Source of the DNA: Polymyxa betae A26-41
Lineage: Eukaryota; Protista; Endomyxa: Phytomyxea
Direction: 5' to 3'
Length of the DNA: 64,000 nt
Assembly: GCA_003693705.1 (NCBI GenBank)
Contig: RBZT01000743.1
Coordinates: 54,901 to 118,900 of the forward strand
Part shown: positions 63,607 to 64,000 of the stretch, in pieces
How the letters are laid out: every line of letters begins with the position of its first letter
Position numbering within the stretch: the first letter of the stretch is position 1
Program-made: the position numbers and the translations under genes
Notes under the pieces: model-generated
Database searches by the model: none
The model's input: only the letters and a program-made list of their open reading frames with translations
Told to the model about the DNA's origin: nothing

Positions 63607-64000
63607 AGTAGTACCATTTGAGGGCCTTTTTTTTCTGCCCCCCATCCCCCATACAAAAACCTCAATAATCCACGTTATAACACCCAATAACCTTATTTTT
63701 CGACGAATCTTTGTAAATTTAGGATAATTTATAAAAATATAGGATTTTCAAAAATTATATTAAAAAAATGAAAATTATAATAATAAAATGAAATGTAAAT
63801 TTTGTAATTCAACAGAAAACAAAATGAAAAGTAAAAATATCTGTAATAAATGCGATTATCAAAATAACAAGCATAAACGAGAAACGGAAGAATATAAACA
63901 GAAACGAAAAGACATTAATAAAAGATATAAAGAAAAACAAAAACTAAAAAAAAATGAAAATTATAATAATAAAATGAAATGTAAATTTTGTAATTCAACA
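63607..64000. mobile_element. Left end of an AT-rich insertion, Polinton/Maverick-like; runs off the window
   Basis: AGTAGT start, sharp drop in GC shortly after, Lys/Asn-rich intronless CxxC ORF. Confidence 0.5.
63788..64000 (+). CDS. Tandem zinc-ribbon repeat protein (62-aa unit), 3' partial; absent from the ORF track
   Basis: MKCKFCNSTENKMKSKNICNKCDYQNNKHKRETEEYKQKRKDINKRYKEKQKLKKNENYNNK then MKCKFCNST again at 63974. Confidence 0.7.
   Translation, partial: MKCKFCNSTENKMKSKNICNKCDYQNNKHKRETEEYKQKRKDINKRYKEKQKLKKNENYNNKMKCKFCNST

Overview
Gene-dense eukaryotic (protist) DNA with about 25 protein-coding genes, mostly split by very short (~45-60 nt) GT-AG introns, so the ORF track fragments them. 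Positions 1-57.2 kb are mainly housekeeping genes: ARP5, an FHA-RING ligase, TOP2, a divergent H4/H3 pair, VPS60, CNOT9, DBT, LeuRS, RPN10, a NUDT14-like Nudix, a P5 ATPase, COQ4, a C2H2 zinc finger, an M28 carboxypeptidase, VPS45, an MFS, a WD40, flagellar DRC12 and a PP2C, plus several orphan secreted or membrane proteins. The flagellar gene, short introns and TTTTAGGG-type motifs suggest a plasmodiophorid-like protist; this is inference only. From ~58.5 kb the window becomes a mobile-element cluster: a degenerate PIF/Harbinger element with a head-to-head Myb-like (DUF6818-like) partner gene and an ~81-bp spacer repeat, a MULE remnant, and at 63607 an abrupt switch to very AT-rich DNA starting AGTAGT that resembles the left end of a Polinton/Maverick-type element. 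The most notable non-gene pattern is short telomere-type repeats inside three TOP2 introns (supplying the branch-point-like motif and 3' AG in one), upstream of several genes, and in the transposon spacer repeat. Exon boundaries were read by eye and family assignments come from recognised motifs, not searches.
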